A stretch of DNA of 63,832 bases, filler included. It is 6 parts of 6 records of this genome, joined end to end, with 100 filler letters (N's around TTAATTAATTAA, not from the genome) between each part and the next. Parts side by side here need not be neighbours in the genome. Positions count along the whole stretch, not along the records: positions 57,247 to 63,832 come from SRR31156797_22324; 5 more parts are not named here. The stretch is one strand, 5' to 3'. Position 1 is the first letter of the stretch, and each line of letters opens with the position of its first letter. Positions 62,844 through 63,832 of the stretch are shown here, in pieces. A model generated the notes under the pieces. It worked only from the letters and a program-made list of their open reading frames with translations, did not search any database and had not been told where the DNA came from. Position numbers and translations under genes: made by a program.

Positions 62844-63807
62844 TTTCATCCTCCTTGATGAGCGTTTGGCTGTTAACCGCGTGGATAATGGCATCCCGCG
62901 CGTCTTTTTTTAGGTCCGGAACCAGATCGAAAACTTCCTCGGGAGAAAAATGGCGCACCATGTCCTGAAGCATTTTGAGAGGGATCCCCGCAGGGCAGGT
63001 CTGTTCACAATCGCCGCAGAGCACGCAGGTATCCCAGACCTGATAAGCCCGGATTAAATGAAAGAGCGGATAAGTGGGCGGCACGTGGCCTTTGGGTACC
63101 CATTTTTCCAATTCAAGGGTTTCGTGGGTTCCGGGAATTTGAACCGGGCATATGTCAACGCAGCCGTAGCATTTGATGCATTTCCGAAAGTGGTTTTGCC
63201 AGAAGGTTTTCCGCTCTTCCGGTCCCATTTTTAACACTTCCTGAAGAAGTGTCGGCGCAATAATGGCCGCTTTCTTTTCAACCGCCTTAAATCTCTCTCT
63301 GACAACCGTCGTCATGGCGTGTTTTATGGGGTTTTCTTCCATGCATGCGTCCGCGCAGTCGCCGCACTGGATGCATTTGGATTGGTCTATTTCGATTCTG
63401 TCGGCCCACAGTTGTCCGTCAATTTCGGTGGCGGGATGGGCTTCATCAATGAGCTGTGTGGCGCAATCGCCACAACCGGTGCATTTATCCACGTCAACGT
63501 ACCGGGGTTTTTTCTGGATTTGAACTTTCAGATCTCCCTGTTTCCCTTCGATACTCTTGACGGTGGTGCAGGGATGGATCTGGATATTGATATGCCGGCC
63601 GACCTCGACCAGTTTGGGAGATATAATTCACATGGCACAATCATTGGTGGGAAATGTTTTATCCAGTTGCGCCATGGCCCCGCCAATGGAAGGGCTTTTT
63701 TCCACCAGGTGAACGAAGTAGCCGGAATCTGCCAGATCCAGAGCGGATTGCATACCGGCAATGCCTCCACCCACGACCAATACGGATCCCCTCAATTCAT
63801 CAGACAT
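62833..63807 (-). CDS. Fusion selenoprotein (324 aa): HdrA N-terminal FAD-binding fragment + ferredoxin + FdhB/FlxC-like C-terminal half
   Basis: RBS AAGGAG, ATG 63807: [29 protein letters not shown]...[14 protein letters not shown](63628-63630)-IISPKLVEV...[15 protein letters not shown]; in frame with track ORF 62833-63492 ([39 protein letters not shown]). Confidence 0.9.
63595..63612 (-). promoter_or_regulatory. SECIS-like hairpin (hdrA N-fragment)
   Basis: CTGGTCG-AGGT-CGGCCGG stem-loop (with G-U pairs) starting 15 nt after the UGA. Confidence 0.7.
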
Positions 63808-63832
63808 GCCGCATCTCCTTCAAAAATTGTAA

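Noticed and set aside
63528-63770. Track ORF of 80 aa on the minus strand
   Set aside because: Out-of-frame shadow of the true Sec-containing HdrA N-terminus.

Overview
The window is not one replicon. It is six contigs joined by 100-nt N spacers, each holding the all-frame-stop linker TTAATTAATTAA. Contigs 1-3 (1-19506) look Bacteroidota: a methyltransferase, GH20, GH2, topA, an arginase-fold protein, the T9SS genes porP/gldK/gldL, tRNA-Gln genes and an ECF sigma-FecR-SusC-SusD unit. Contigs 4 (19607-25673) and 6 (57247-63832) look Desulfobacterota-like and carry heterodisulfide-reductase loci. Contig 5 (25774-57146) looks like a Vibrio accessory region with tdh, c-di-GMP enzymes, TRAP and ABC transporters, malS, a Dcu transporter, nadE/nadD and an MCP. 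The most striking feature is in contig 6. A Sec-containing double-HdrA gene appears split inside its first ferredoxin motif, with a formate dehydrogenase module nested in permuted order: hdrA(N)::fdhB-like(C) - fdhA(Sec) - fdhB-like(N)::hdrA(C) - mvhD(Sec). Three in-frame UGA codons, each followed by a SECIS-like hairpin, were missed by the ORF track. Taxonomic and family calls come from motif recognition by eye, not database searches.
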